From the NCBI GenBank assembly GCA_902542145.1, contig CACBTL010000001.1, forward strand, positions 10,389 through 74,388: a stretch of DNA of 64,000 nucleotides, read 5' to 3'. The translations under genes and the position numbers were made by a program. The notes beneath the pieces are model-generated. The model was not told the origin of the DNA and searched no databases. It saw only the letters and a program-made list of their open reading frames with translations. This document shows positions 32,487 through 42,696 of this stretch, piece by piece. This stretch comes from an uncultured SAR86 cluster bacterium. GTDB lineage: Bacteria; Pseudomonadota; Gammaproteobacteria; Magnimaribacterales; AG-339-G14. Numbering within the stretch: position 1 is the stretch's first letter; every line of letters starts with the position of its first letter.

Positions 32487-35400
32487 TCAAACCTCCTCGA
32501 AATCAATATCAATCGCTAAAGATCGAATTTCTTTTGTTAAAACATTATAGGATTCTGGTATTCCAGCTTCCATTTCATAAGAACCATCGACTATATTTTT
32601 ATAGATTTTTGTTCTTCCATAGACATCATCAGACTTAACTGTAAGCATTTCTTGAAGAGTATGAGACGCACCATAAGCTTCAAGAGCCCAAACTTCCATC
32701 TCTCCGAGTCTTTGTCCACCAAATTGTGCTTTTCCTCCAAGCGGTTGCTGAGTAACTAAGCTGTAAGATCCTGTGGAACGTGCATGCATTTTATCTTCAA
32801 TAAGATGATTAAGCTTGAGCATATACATGAACCCAACAGTAACTGGACGATCAAATTTATCCCCTGTTCTGCCATCGTACAAGGTAGTTTGTCCAGTTTC
32901 AGGAAGGTTGGCTAACTTTAACATCTCTTTGATTTCTGCCTCTTTAGCTCCATCGAAAACCGGAGTTGCCATAGGAACACCGTTTTTAAGATTGTGGCAA
33001 AGTTCTATGAATTCACTGTCGTTAAGAGAACTAATGTCCTGATTCATACCTGATTTAACATAAATTTTATCTATGAATGATCTTAAGGCTTTTAAATCCT
33101 TATAATTTTCTAGCATCTTAGATATTTCATCTCCAAGACCTTTTGCGGCTGATCCCAGATGAACTTCAAGAAGTTGTCCAACGTTCATTCTCGATGGTAC
33201 TCCTAATGGATTCAATACTAAATCAACTGGCTCGCCGTTTTCATCATATGGCATATCTTCGACAGGCATGATTACCGAAATAACTCCCTTGTTACCATGC
33301 CTACCCGCTAATTTATCGCCTGGTTGGATTCTCCTTTTAATTGCAAGGTAAACTTTGATTACTTGTTGCACCCCTGGTGGTAAATCATCTCCGGAAACAA
33401 TTTTTTTCTTCTTAGCATCAAATCTATTTTTGAGCATTTTTTCATATGCCTTCAAATTGTCCTTAGAATCTTTTAACTGATCATTAATATCTTCGCTTTG
33501 CATTCTCAATTTGAACCATTCATCTGAAGCAAGATTATCTAGAAACTCTTTAGATATTGTTTCCCCTTTGGATATGCCTCTTCCCGATATCACTTTTTGA
33601 CCTGTCAAAACAGACCTTAAAGAGTTAATGGTTGCATTTGTAACGATCTCTAGCTCTTCATCAAGATCTTTTTGGATTTCTGCTAAAGATACAGATTCAA
33701 TAACAGAAGCTCTTGGATTTTTTTCTAATCCTTCTCTTGTATAAATTTGAACATCAATTACTGTACCGTCTGCACCGCTTGGGACTCTTAGAGAGGTATC
33801 TTTTACATCTGCTGCTTTTTCCCCAAATATTGCTCTAAGAAGTTTCTCTTCAGGAGAAAGTTGAGTTTCGCCTTTTGGCGTAACTTTTCCAACTAAAATA
33901 TCTCCCGCCTTAACTTGTGCTCCAATGTGAACAACTCCACACTCATCAAGTTTCCCTAATGCGGACTCTCCTACATTGGGAATGTCAGCTGTGATTTCAT
34001 CTGGTCCTAATTTTGTATCTCTAGCTGTACAAGTAAGTTCTTGTATATGAATACTTGTAAGCTTATCTTCTTTTACAAGTTTGTCAGAAATAAGAATTGA
34101 GTCCTCAAAGTTGTATCCGTGCCAAGGCATGAAGGCAATTTTGATATTTTGGCCAAGTGCTAACTCTCCTAAATCAATTGAAGAGCCGTCAGCCAAGATA
34201 TCGCCCTTAGCAACTTTATCTCCAACTTTAACTATTGGTTTTTGATTCATGCATGTATTTTGATTAGACCTTGTGTACTTTGTAAGGTTGTATATATCTA
34301 CAGCTGAGTTAGTTGAAGAGATTTCTTTCATGTCTTTTCTGACCACTATTCTTCCAGAATCAACCTTTTCAACAGTCCCTTTGTTTTCTGCTATTACACA
34401 ATCACCTGAATCTTTGGCAATCAATCTTTCCATTCCTGTTCCAACAAGAGGAGCCTCTGTCTTCAAGGTAGGAACTGCCTGTCTCATCATGTTAGAGCCC
34501 ATCAAAGCCCTGTTAGCGTCATCGTGCTCTAAGAAAGGTATCAGTGAAGCAGCAATAGATACTACCTGTTGAGGAGATACATCCATTAACTCCACTCTAT
34601 CAGCCGACATAAGTTCAAATTCATTTTTAAATCTAACAGGAACGAGTTCGTCAACAAATTTATTATTTTTATCAAGCAATGCGCTTGCTTGTGCAATAAC
34701 AAATTCGCCTTCTTCTATTGCAGAAATGTATTTAATGTCTTCAGTCACTTTGCCATTTACTACTTGTCTATATGGCGTTTCAATAAATCCAAAATCATTG
34801 ACCTTGGCAAAAACAGATAAAGAGTTTATTAATCCAATATTAGGTCCTTCTGGGGTTTCTATTGGACAAACTCTTCCGTAATGACTTGGGTGAACGTCCC
34901 TAACTTCAAAGCCAGCTCTTTCTCTTGTTAAGCCTCCTGGCCCCAGTGCTGAAACTCTTCTTTTGTGAGTAATTGCCGCAAGTGGATTATTCTGATCCAT
35001 GAATTGTGACAGTTGACTTGAACCAAAAAATTCATTGATTGCAGCAGTTACAGGCTTTGCGTTGATTAAATCTGCCGGCCCAAAGCCTTCAGCTTCAGCT
35101 ACATTCAATCTTTCTCTGACAGCTCTTTCCACTCTTAAAAGACCAACTCTGACTTGGTTCGATATCATTTCGCCAACTGATCTTATTCGTCTGTTTCCTA
35201 AATGATCTATATCATCACAATCTTGCTTTCCATTTCTTATATCAACAAGAGTTTTTGTCACATCAATGATGTCTTCCTTGCTTAATATTCCAGGCCCTTG
35301 AAGGTCTTCCCTTCCTAGGCGACGGTTGAATTTCATTCTTCCAACATCAGAAAGATCATACTTTTCTGAATTAAAAAATAAGTTTTCAAAAAGATTTGTT

Positions 35401-36566
35401 GCTGCTTCTTTAGTTGGAGGCTCTCCTGGTCTCATCATTCTGTAGATCTCAGCTAAAGCTTCTAATTGTGAAGTAGTTGTATCAGACCTCAAAGTTTCTG
35501 AAATGTAAGGCCCTGATTCAAGCTCATTAATGTATAGAACTTTAATTTCTTTAAGTTTATGCTCTTGGATAGCTTTAACAATTGTTTCATCGATAACAGA
35601 ATTACATGATATGAGAAGCTCCCCTGTTTCTTTATTAATGATATCTTCAGCTGTAATTAATCCATTCAAGCCTTCAGAATCCAAAGATATTGTTTTAATT
35701 TTATTAGAATCAATAAGCCTAATGTGTCTTGCAGTAATTCTTTGACCTTTTTCAACGATAGTCTCTTTGCCATCTTTATCCTTTATTTCAACTGGGGATA
35801 TCCTACCCATCAGTCTTCTAGAATTGACTTTAAGAGAGAATCCTTGTGAGGTTAAAGAATAAGCTTCTGATTCATAAAACGTTTCTAATATCTCCTGATT
35901 AGCCATTCCTAAAGCCTTGAGCAAAATTGAAGCTAAAAGCTTTCTTCTTCTGTCTATTCTTATGTAAACAAGATCTTTATGATCAAATTCGAAATCTAAC
36001 CATGATCCTCTATAAGGAATTACTCTTGAAGCGTAAAGCAATTTTCCTGAAGAATGTGTTTTACCTTTATCATGATCGAAAATTAACCCAGGGGATCTGT
36101 GCAATTGAGAAACTACAACTCTTTCAACACCATTAATAACGAATGTTCCATAAGTTGTCATTAGAGGTATGGTTCCCATGTAAACCTTCTCTTCTCGAGC
36201 AGATTTTAGAATTTCCTCTCCAGTAGTTTTATCAAGGAAAGAAATTCTACATATGATTCTCATGGTTGATTCATATGTAGTGCCTCTGGCAATACATTCG
36301 CTTACATCAAATTCTGGCTCATCAAGCTCGTATCCCAGATATTCGATTTTTGCATTACCCGAAACGCTGATTATAGGAAAAATGGAGTGAAATACTCCAT
36401 GAAGACCCTGCTTTTTCCTTTCATCTTGTGAAAGGTGAGATTGTAAAAATTCCTTATAAGAATTTGTTTGAACTTCAAGAATGTCAGGAAAATCCATAAC
36501 GCTTGAAATTTTTTCAAAACTATTTCTTATTCTTTTCTTTTCAGCAAAACTATATTTATTTGGCAT
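32487..36566 (-). CDS. rpoB: DNA-directed RNA polymerase subunit beta
   Basis: 1359 aa containing [33 protein letters not shown] (the rifampicin-region motif). Confidence 0.98.
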   Translation of the reverse strand: MPNKYSFAEKKRIRNSFEKISSVMDFPDILEVQTNSYKEFLQSHLSQDERKKQGLHGVFHSIFPIISVSGNAKIEYLGYELDEPEFDVSECIARGTTYESTMRIICRISFLDKTTGEEILKSAREEKVYMGTIPLMTTYGTFVINGVERVVVSQLHRSPGLIFDHDKGKTHSSGKLLYASRVIPYRGSWLDFEFDHKDLVYIRIDRRRKLLASILLKALGMANQEILETFYESEAYSLTSQGFSLKVNSRRLMGRISPVEIKDKDGKETIVEKGQRITARHIRLIDSNKIKTISLDSEGLNGLITAEDIINKETGELLISCNSVIDETIVKAIQEHKLKEIKVLYINELESGPYISETLRSDTTTSQLEALAEIYRMMRPGEPPTKEAATNLFENLFFNSEKYDLSDVGRMKFNRRLGREDLQGPGILSKEDIIDVTKTLVDIRNGKQDCDDIDHLGNRRIRSVGEMISNQVRVGLLRVERAVRERLNVAEAEGFGPADLINAKPVTAAINEFFGSSQLSQFMDQNNPLAAITHKRRVSALGPGGLTRERAGFEVRDVHPSHYGRVCPIETPEGPNIGLINSLSVFAKVNDFGFIETPYRQVVNGKVTEDIKYISAIEEGEFVIAQASALLDKNNKFVDELVPVRFKNEFELMSADRVELMDVSPQQVVSIAASLIPFLEHDDANRALMGSNMMRQAVPTLKTEAPLVGTGMERLIAKDSGDCVIAENKGTVEKVDSGRIVVRKDMKEISSTNSAVDIYNLTKYTRSNQNTCMNQKPIVKVGDKVAKGDILADGSSIDLGELALGQNIKIAFMPWHGYNFEDSILISDKLVKEDKLTSIHIQELTCTARDTKLGPDEITADIPNVGESALGKLDECGVVHIGAQVKAGDILVGKVTPKGETQLSPEEKLLRAIFGEKAADVKDTSLRVPSGADGTVIDVQIYTREGLEKNPRASVIESVSLAEIQKDLDEELEIVTNATINSLRSVLTGQKVISGRGISKGETISKEFLDNLASDEWFKLRMQSEDINDQLKDSKDNLKAYEKMLKNRFDAKKKKIVSGDDLPPGVQQVIKVYLAIKRRIQPGDKLAGRHGNKGVISVIMPVEDMPYDENGEPVDLVLNPLGVPSRMNVGQLLEVHLGSAAKGLGDEISKMLENYKDLKALRSFIDKIYVKSGMNQDISSLNDSEFIELCHNLKNGVPMATPVFDGAKEAEIKEMLKLANLPETGQTTLYDGRTGDKFDRPVTVGFMYMLKLNHLIEDKMHARSTGSYSLVTQQPLGGKAQFGGQRLGEMEVWALEAYGASHTLQEMLTVKSDDVYGRTKIYKNIVDGSYEMEAGIPESYNVLTKEIRSLAIDIDFEEV

Positions 36567-36587
36567 AAAAATTGTATGTGTTTAAAG

Positions 36588-36971
36588 TTATTTAAGTTCG
36601 ACAGAAGCTCCAGCTTCCTCTAATTGAGATTTAGCCTGTTCAGCTTCATCTTTATTAGCCCCTTCTTTTAATGATGAAGGTGCTCCATCAACAAGTGCTT
36701 TAGCTTCTTTTAATCCAAGACCAGTAATGGTCCTAACAACTTTAATTACATCAATTTTCTTATCACCAACTTCAGCAAGGAAAATCTCGAATTCAGATTT
36801 TTCTTCTGCAGCCTCACCAGCTGCATCTCCTGCTGGAGCTGCTGCTACTGCAGCGACAGGTGCTGCGGCAGTGACTCCAAATTTATCTTCCATAAGTTTA
36901 ATTAGATCAACCATATCCATGACACTCATGTCGGATATTGCATCTAATATTTCTTCTTTTGATAGCGCCAT
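36588..36971 (-). CDS. rplL: 50S ribosomal protein L7/L12
   Basis: 127 aa with an Ala-rich hinge and C-terminal [15 protein letters not shown]...VELK. Confidence 0.98.
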   Translation of the reverse strand: MALSKEEILDAISDMSVMDMVDLIKLMEDKFGVTAAAPVAAVAAAPAGDAAGEAAEEKSEFEIFLAEVGDKKIDVIKVVRTITGLGLKEAKALVDGAPSSLKEGANKDEAEQAKSQLEEAGASVELK

Positions 36972-36995
36972 TACTACTCCTTTTAAAGTTTAAAA

Positions 36996-37514
36996 TTAAG
37001 ATTTAGTTTCTTTTACCGCATCCAAAGTTCTAACAAAGTTTGAAGGTAGATTCTGTATCCCACCTGCAAATTTCTGAATTGGACTTTGAAGCACACTCAT
37101 TAACATAGAAATTGCTCCCTCCTTTGAGGGCAGTGAAGCTAGTCTGTCTAGCTCACTTGCATCTAAAAGGCCTTCTCCTACCGATAACCCTTTTACGCTA
37201 AAAGACTCATGAGACTTTGAAAAATCTTTTACGAGTTTTGCAGCACTTTTAAAGTCATCAAGAGAAAAAGCAAACAAACTAGGTCCGGTAAGAATTTCAT
37301 TGATTGAATCAAACTTAGTACCTTCTAGCGCTCTTTTAGCTAATGTATTCTTTATTACTCTAAGATATACAGAACTAGAAGAGGCATCTTTTCTTAACAA
37401 TGTTAAGTCAGGTACGTTAGTACCTCTGTAATCAACAACGACAGCTGACAATGCTTCATCAGCTACCTTCTTCAACTCATCTACAACTAATTTCTTTTCT
37501 TCTAAACGTGACAT
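36996..37514 (-). CDS. rplJ: 50S ribosomal protein L10
   Basis: 172 aa, located upstream of rplL. Has an L10-like N-terminal domain (VVDYRGTNVPDLTLLRK). Confidence 0.95.
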   Translation of the reverse strand: MSRLEEKKLVVDELKKVADEALSAVVVDYRGTNVPDLTLLRKDASSSSVYLRVIKNTLAKRALEGTKFDSINEILTGPSLFAFSLDDFKSAAKLVKDFSKSHESFSVKGLSVGEGLLDASELDRLASLPSKEGAISMLMSVLQSPIQKFAGGIQNLPSNFVRTLDAVKETKS

Positions 37515-37695
37515 TAAATAAACCTCTCTTTTCTAAAGTGAGAGAACTTCCAACCAAGGCCTAAAAGACTTGGTACATCTACGCATGAAATTAAGTTTTT
37601 ATGGCAAAAACCAAAAAACACATGCGGTCTAAGACAATCGCGAAAACGCAAATGCTTATTTAAATGTTCTGGATCGCGCATCATACAGGAAAATA
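37515..37695 (-). promoter_or_regulatory. rplJ 5' leader (candidate L10-leader autoregulatory RNA)
   Basis: 181-nt non-coding gap, the largest in the ribosomal cluster. Nested inverted repeats: CGCATG (37582..37587) with CATGCG (37621..37626), and GTTTTT (37595..37600) with AAAAAC (37606..37611). There is also CCAAG...CTTGG nearer the start codon. The position matches the L10 leader of Gammaproteobacteria; the fold was not verified. Confidence 0.35.
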
Positions 37696-38391
37696 TCAGA
37701 AATTGAGAGAGGAAATATCAATTTCTAATCCTGGCCCCATAGTTGATGACATCGAAACTTTTGAAATAAAAACTCCTTTGGATGATGGAGGTTTTGATTT
37801 TTTTAAATCAGATAATAAATATTCTAAATTATTTTTTATTTCTTCCTTGCTCTGAGTTATTTGGCCTATTCTGCAGTGAACAATTCCCTGTTTATCTGAC
37901 TTATATCTCACCTGTCCAGCCTTGGCATTTTTTACCGCAGCCGAAACATCTTTTGTTACCGTTTCGGACTTAGGATTAGGCATTAATCCTTTGGGTCCCA
38001 AAATTTGTCCCAATGGACTTACAACTTTCATCGTATCGGGGGTAGCAACTATGACATCATAGTCTATTTCCCCAGATTTCATTTCATCAGCTAGATCTTC
38101 CATGCCCACTTTATCTGCTCCAGCTTCAAGAGCACTTTTAGCCTCTTCACCCTCTGCAAAAACAGCAACCTTATATGAACGGCCAGTGCCGTGAGGGAGA
38201 TTAGATGCTCCCCTAACGTTTTGATCTGACTTCGATGGGTCCACTCCTAAGTTGATACTTACATCCACTGACTCAGTAAATTTTTCAGACTTATGTTCAA
38301 ACAAAATATCTAAAGCTTCTTCCAAATTATAGGACGCTGCTTCTACTAACTTTTCTCTTAAAGGTTTATTTTTCTTAGATGTTTTAGCCAT
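37696..38391 (-). CDS. rplA: 50S ribosomal protein L1
   Basis: 231 aa with [15 protein letters not shown] and [11 protein letters not shown], typical of L1. Confidence 0.97.
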   Translation of the reverse strand: MAKTSKKNKPLREKLVEAASYNLEEALDILFEHKSEKFTESVDVSINLGVDPSKSDQNVRGASNLPHGTGRSYKVAVFAEGEEAKSALEAGADKVGMEDLADEMKSGEIDYDVIVATPDTMKVVSPLGQILGPKGLMPNPKSETVTKDVSAAVKNAKAGQVRYKSDKQGIVHCRIGQITQSKEEIKNNLEYLLSDLKKSKPPSSKGVFISKVSMSSTMGPGLEIDISSLNF

Positions 38392-38822
38392 TAATCTATT
38401 ACCTCTATTCCCATGCTTCTGGCACTACCAGAAATAATTTTTACTGCAGCATCCATATTAGCAGCGTTGAGATCCTGCATTTTCTTTTCTGCTATTTCTT
38501 CAACTTGAGCCCTAGTTACTTTTCCTACTTTTAATGAGTTTGGCGTTGGGCTACCCTTATCGAGTCCAGCAGCCTTCTTTAGGAGAATGCTTGCAGGAGT
38601 TGTCTTTACTATGAAATCAAAACTTTTGTCTTCGTAAACTGTGATAACAACAGGCACAGGAATATTCTTTTCCATGTCATTAGTCTTAGAATTAAATGCA
38701 TTACAAAAGTCCATTAAGTTTACACCGTGTTGACCCAGTGCAGGTCCAACAGGAGGGCTAGGAGATGCAGCGCCAGCAGGTACTTGAAGTTTAATATATG
38801 TATCTATCTTTTTGTCTGCCAT
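38391..38822 (-). CDS. rplK: 50S ribosomal protein L11
   Basis: [26 protein letters not shown] is the L11 signature. Confidence 0.98.
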   Translation of the reverse strand: MADKKIDTYIKLQVPAGAASPSPPVGPALGQHGVNLMDFCNAFNSKTNDMEKNIPVPVVITVYEDKSFDFIVKTTPASILLKKAAGLDKGSPTPNSLKVGKVTRAQVEEIAEKKMQDLNAANMDAAVKIISGSARSMGIEVID

Positions 38823-39355
38823 TATGCTCTCTCAATTTGATTGAAATCTAACTCGACCGGAGTTGATCTTCCAAAGATCATCACCGCTACTTTTACTTTT
38901 CCTTTTTCTGAATCGACTTCTTCAATCACGCCACTAAAATCATTAAAAGGTCCATCAATAACTCTAATCATTTCACCGGCTTCATAAATATTTTGTTGTG
39001 AAGTGGTTTCAACTCCAGATTCTATTTGGTTTAAAATTCTGTTTGCTTCGTTTTCTGAAATTGGTCTTGGATTGGTTTTAGTGCCTCCAATGAAACCCAA
39101 AACTCTTGGAGTCTCTTTGACAAGGTGCCATGTATCGTCATTCATTTCCATCTCAACCAAAATGTAACCTGGGAAAAATTTCTTTTGAATAGTTTTTTCC
39201 TTTCCTCCTTTCATTTCAGTTATTTCTTCGGAAGGCACTTCTATCTTTCCAAAGAAATCCTGCATGCCGTTGAGGGTTATTCTTTCTAAAAGTTGTTCTT
39301 TGGCCTTATTTTCATAACCAGAATAAGAATTAAGAACATACCAAGATTTCGACAT
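38822..39355 (-). CDS. nusG: Transcription termination/antitermination factor NusG
   Basis: [22 protein letters not shown]... is the NGN domain. C-terminal KOW is [19 protein letters not shown] 39355 follows the secE stop; the track start at 39409 lies inside secE. Confidence 0.95.
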   Translation of the reverse strand: MSKSWYVLNSYSGYENKAKEQLLERITLNGMQDFFGKIEVPSEEITEMKGGKEKTIQKKFFPGYILVEMEMNDDTWHLVKETPRVLGFIGGTKTNPRPISENEANRILNQIESGVETTSQQNIYEAGEMIRVIDGPFNDFSGVIEEVDSEKGKVKVAVMIFGRSTPVELDFNQIERA

Positions 39356-39357
39356 TT

Positions 39358-39705
39358 CTACCCCAATAATAAATTTAATCCGAAGGAGAAAAGAGAATCC
39401 AAGCCCCATAACAACAGTGAAGCAACAATTACTGCAGCTAAAACAATAAGAGTTGTTTGAGTCGTCTCAGTTCTATTAGGCCAGACAACTTTTCTAATTT
39501 CAGTCAGAGAAGTAACAATTAAGTTGTATGCGGAATTACCGAAAATTGTGAATCTAATTATTGCTAAACCCAGAATCAATAGTGCAATCACAATCAAGGT
39601 TCTATATAAAAGAGCTACTTCAGAGTAATAAGAATTCCCCCAGACAGCAATCAGGATAACTGCTGAGCCAAGGATCCATAAAATTTTACTGCTAACTGAA
39701 GTCAT
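39358..39705 (-). CDS. secE: Preprotein translocase subunit SecE
   Basis: 115 aa, three predicted TM segments. Conserved C-terminal EIRKVVWPNRTET motif. Canonical position between tRNA-Trp and nusG. Confidence 0.9.
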   Translation of the reverse strand: MTSVSSKILWILGSAVILIAVWGNSYYSEVALLYRTLIVIALLILGLAIIRFTIFGNSAYNLIVTSLTEIRKVVWPNRTETTQTTLIVLAAVIVASLLLWGLDSLFSFGLNLLLG

Positions 39706-39731
39706 ATTGTTTTATATTATATCCATCTCCG

Positions 39732-39807
39732 TGGCAGGCCAGGAGGGAATCGAACCCCCAACCTGCGGTTTTGGAGACCGCCGCTCTACCAATTGAGCTA
39801 CTGGCCT
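39732..39807 (-). tRNA. trpT: tRNA-Trp (anticodon CCA)
   Basis: Hand-folded cloverleaf. Acceptor AGGCCAG/CTGGCCT, anticodon loop CUCCAAA, T-arm GGGGGTTCGATTCCCTC-type, discriminator G, encoded CCA. Very similar to E. coli tRNA-Trp. Confidence 0.93.
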
Positions 39808-40999
39808 ATTGAACGATTTTGGATACTACTCCGGAACCAACAGTTCTGCCACCTTCTCTGATAGCAAAACGCATTCCTTCTTCCATAGCGATTGGTGATA
39901 TCAACTCAACATTAATTGCCACATCATCACCTGGCATGACCATCTCAACTCCATCAGGAAGAATGACTTCACCAGTCACGTCGGTTGTCCTTACATAAAA
40001 CTGCGGTCTGTAGCCTTTAAAGAAAGGCGTATGTCTGCCACCTTCTTCTTTATTTAATACATAGACTTGTGCTTCAAACTTTGTGTGAGGAGTTATTGAA
40101 CCAGGCTTAGAAAGTACCTGACCTCTTTCAACTTCTTCTCTTTTTGTACCTCTCAGAAGAACACCAACATTTTCACCAGCACGACCTTCATCAAGAAGTT
40201 TTCTGAACATCTCTACACCAGTGCAAGTAGTTTTTTCTGTGTCTTTTATTCCAACAATTTCCATCTCATCATTGACGGAAACCATGCCTCTTTCAATTCT
40301 TCCAGTAACAACAGTTCCTCTTCCTTGAATTGAAAAGATATCTTCAATAGGCATCAAGAAAGGCTTATCTAGATCTCTAACTGGCTCAGGAATGTGGCTG
40401 TCCAATGACTCAACCAATTTAAGAATAGCTTCTTTTCCGTGTTCACCTTCATCGCCTTCTAGAGCCTTTAAGGCAGAGCCAATGGTTATAGGAGTATCAT
40501 CCCCAGGGAAATCATACTCATTTAGAAGGTCTCTGATTTCTACTTCTACTAACTCAATTAACTCAGCATCATCTACCTGATCAGCTTTGTTTAAAAAGAC
40601 TACGATGTGCTCAACACCAACCTGTCTTGCTAATAAGATGTGTTCTCTAGTCTGAGGCATAGGTCCATCTGCGGCATTTACAACCAAAATAGCTCCATCC
40701 ATTTGGGCTGCACCAGTAATCATGTTTTTTACATAGTCAGCGTGTCCTGGACAATCTACGTGTGCGTAGTGTCTTGCTGGAGAATCATATTCAACGTGTG
40801 ATGTTGCTATAGTTATACCTCTTTCTTTTTCTTCAGGAGCATTATCAATCCCTTCAAAAGCTACAGCTTCACCGGAACCATGAGTCTCTGCACAAACTTT
40901 TGTTAAAGCAGCAGTCAAGGTAGTTTTACCGTGGTCCACGTGACCGATAGTGCCCACATTTACGTGGGGTTTGGTTCTTTCAAATTTTTCTTTAGCCAT
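39806..40999 (-). CDS. tuf: Elongation factor Tu
   Basis: 397 aa with [39 protein letters not shown] and NKAD. Confidence 0.99.
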   Translation of the reverse strand: MAKEKFERTKPHVNVGTIGHVDHGKTTLTAALTKVCAETHGSGEAVAFEGIDNAPEEKERGITIATSHVEYDSPARHYAHVDCPGHADYVKNMITGAAQMDGAILVVNAADGPMPQTREHILLARQVGVEHIVVFLNKADQVDDAELIELVEVEIRDLLNEYDFPGDDTPITIGSALKALEGDEGEHGKEAILKLVESLDSHIPEPVRDLDKPFLMPIEDIFSIQGRGTVVTGRIERGMVSVNDEMEIVGIKDTEKTTCTGVEMFRKLLDEGRAGENVGVLLRGTKREEVERGQVLSKPGSITPHTKFEAQVYVLNKEEGGRHTPFFKGYRPQFYVRTTDVTGEVILPDGVEMVMPGDDVAINVELISPIAMEEGMRFAIREGGRTVGSGVVSKIVQ

Positions 41000-41027
41000 T
41001 GTCTATCCTCTTTAAAAATTTACTGTC

Positions 41028-41103
<76 letters not shown>

Positions 41104-41189
41104 ATAAATGTTCATAAATACCGGATCAAAAAAGGATAAATTCTTGATAAAATACAACAAAATATCCTAGACCTTTCGCTCCGGTGGCA

Positions 41190-41218
41190 TTTATACTGTT
41201 TTCTTGTCATAAAGGCAA
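41190..41218 (-). promoter_or_regulatory. Putative sigma70 promoter for tRNA-Thr-tuf (TTGCCT-17-TATAAA)
   Basis: Minus strand reads TTGCCT (41218..41213), a 17-nt spacer, then TATAAA (41195..41190). The GC-rich discriminator TGCCACCGGAGCG follows. Confidence 0.4.
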
Positions 41219-41225
41219 GAATTTC

Positions 41226-41309
41226 TGGTGGAGGGGGCAGGATTCGAACCTGCGAAGCCGAAGCGGCTGATTTACAGTCAGCTGGGTTTGACCGCTCCCC
41301 AACCCCTCC
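41226..41309 (-). tRNA. tRNA-Tyr (anticodon GUA), long variable arm
   Basis: Hand-folded. Acceptor GGAGGGG/CCCCTCC, anticodon stem GCTGA/TCAGC with loop CTGTAAA, long variable arm CCGCTTCGGCTTCG-type, T-arm GCAGGTTCGAATCCTGC, encoded CCA. Confidence 0.9.
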
Positions 41310-41323
41310 AGTCAGAGGGTGGT

Positions 41324-41352
41324 ATTCTCGGAGTCATGATAGAAGTTGTCAA
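41324..41352 (-). promoter_or_regulatory. Putative sigma70 promoter of tRNA-Tyr (TTGACA-17-GAGAAT), overlapping the birA start codon
   Basis: Minus strand reads TTGACA (41352..41347), a 17-nt spacer, then GAGAAT (41329..41324). ACCACCCTCTGACT (14 nt) precedes tRNA +1. Confidence 0.45.
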
Positions 41353-42133
41353 CAAAAATCCTTTAGATAAAGAAAAAATATTATCGAAACTTAGTAACGA
41401 ATTTAGATCAAAAGTTGTTCTAGAGGTATTCGATACAATTAGTTCTACGAATGACTACCTACTAAGGAAAGAAAAAAATAAAAATAAAGATATAAAAATA
41501 TGCATTGCAGAAGAGCAAACTAAAGGTAGAGGACGAAGAGGTAAGTCATGGATAAGTCCTAAATTTAAGAATATATATTTTTCCCTGAACTCATATTTTA
41601 AAAAAGAAGATTTATCTGGACTCAGCATAGCAGTAGCTTTATCGGTATCTAAAGTCCTTACTAAAATAAATGTGATGTCTTTGATCAAGTGGCCTAATGA
41701 TCTTCTTGTAGGAAATAAAAAAATTTGTGGAATTTTGATAGAAACGGCAAAAGTAGGTGAATTGACCAAAGTAGTTATTGGCATAGGAATCAATGTAAAC
41801 ATGGAATATTCAGAGCTCATAGATCAAGAGTGGACCTCAATAAAATTAGAAAAGAAACAATTAGTAGATAGAAACTCAATCATTACAGATATGATTAATC
41901 AATTATGCATAACCTTAAATAAGTTTGAGCAAGAAGAGTTTGATTACTTTCTTAAAAGATTTACACCTTTAGATTTATTAAGAGATAAGGAATTTACTCT
42001 GAAAGATAAACCTAATGAAACATTCATTGGAAAAGGAATAGATAATAAAAGCTTCTTAATCGCACAAAATTTGAAGGATCAAAGGATAGTGAAATTTAGT
42101 TCTGGAGAAGTATCTTTAAAATTAAAGAAATGA
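41336..42133 (+). CDS. birA: Biotin--[acetyl-CoA-carboxylase] ligase, class I (no N-terminal HTH)
   Basis: The GRGRRGKSW biotin-ligase motif is present. The catalytic core begins about residue 30 (DTISSTNDYLL). ATG 41336 is used because the track start at 41228 lies antisense inside tRNA-Tyr. Confidence 0.88.
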   Translation: MIEVVNKNPLDKEKILSKLSNEFRSKVVLEVFDTISSTNDYLLRKEKNKNKDIKICIAEEQTKGRGRRGKSWISPKFKNIYFSLNSYFKKEDLSGLSIAVALSVSKVLTKINVMSLIKWPNDLLVGNKKICGILIETAKVGELTKVVIGIGINVNMEYSELIDQEWTSIKLEKKQLVDRNSIITDMINQLCITLNKFEQEEFDYFLKRFTPLDLLRDKEFTLKDKPNETFIGKGIDNKSFLIAQNLKDQRIVKFSSGEVSLKLKK

Positions 42134-42152
42134 GTTTATAATTCTCGTCGTT

Positions 42153-42228
42153 GCTGGCGTAGCTCAGTTGGTAGAGCTCCTGATTTGTAATCAGGCGGTC
42201 GTAGGTTCGACTCCTATCGCCAGCTCCA
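42153..42228 (+). tRNA. tRNA-Thr (anticodon UGU)
   Basis: Hand-folded. Acceptor GCTGGCG/CGCCAGC, anticodon stem CCTGA/TCAGG with loop TTTGTAA, T-arm GTAGGTTCGACTCCTAT, encoded CCA. Confidence 0.9.
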
Positions 42229-42694
42229 CTTTGGAGACTAAGACTCCCGTTGAATCTCCATAGACCCAATCATTTGAATTGATTATCAATCCGTCTATTT
42301 CAATAGGGGCATCAATGGAACCTCTATCTTTTTTTTCACTTTTTTTAGGAACAGAGCCAAGGGCAAAAATTCCCATATCAATTTTTTTCAAGACATCTAC
42401 ATCCCTTACGCAGCCGAGGATAATTATTCCATTCCAATTATTTTTATAAGCATTTTCGGCAATCATGTCTCCCAAGAGGGCAACCTCAAAACTTTTATTC
42501 CCATCGACAAAAAGAACTCCTCCCTGCCCTTCTGTTGCTAATATTTTTTTAACAAAAGAATTATCGTTTGGAGCATGAACTGTTTTTATAGGACCATAAA
42601 GAAAATCTCTAGCTCCATACGAATTAAATTGTAAGCCTACGAATGGAACGCTGGGATTAAGATCGCTAAGATCTGGAGTTGAAATTTTTTGCAT
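42191..42694 (-). CDS. rraA: RraA-family protein (regulator of RNase E activity A / HMG-aldolase-like fold)
   Basis: 167 aa. Aligns along its length with E. coli RraA as I recall it (..FNSYG...G.I.TV......N..V...L...G.G.VLVVDG-like, here GGVLFVDG; ADNTGIILS, here GDSTGVLVS). Confidence 0.85.
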   Translation of the reverse strand: MQKISTPDLSDLNPSVPFVGLQFNSYGARDFLYGPIKTVHAPNDNSFVKKILATEGQGGVLFVDGNKSFEVALLGDMIAENAYKNNWNGIIILGCVRDVDVLKKIDMGIFALGSVPKKSEKKDRGSIDAPIEIDGLIINSNDWVYGDSTGVLVSKVELAIGVEPTTA

Positions 42695-42696
42695 TT

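Noticed and set aside
36727-36993. 88-aa plus-strand ORF across rplL
   Set aside because: It is the antisense image of the Ala-rich L7/L12 hinge (GCN read as NGC = Ala/Ser), so it is an artefact.
39706-39731. Perfect TATAAT 10 nt upstream of the secE ATG, considered as an internal promoter
   Set aside because: The -35 position falls in the tRNA-Trp 3' end (TCCTGG) and does not resemble TTGACA. There is no extended -10 TG. TATAAT is expected by chance in AT-rich DNA.
41104-41225. Possible degenerate tRNA-Gly remnant between tRNA-Thr and tRNA-Tyr
   Set aside because: I could not fold a cloverleaf or find a T-loop (GTTCGA) or acceptor pairing on either strand. The region is better explained by the promoter-like TTGCCT-17-TATAAA element.
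41228-41335. N-terminal 36 residues of the 301-aa track ORF (MEGAGFEPAKPKRL...)
   Set aside because: This segment is the reverse complement of tRNA-Tyr (GFEP is the typical antisense T-arm translation). The true birA start is ATG 41336. Similar track over-extensions were trimmed for rpsT (4378), ssb (9364), rpsD (14260), rpsJ (25180), rpoC (32512) and nusG (39409).
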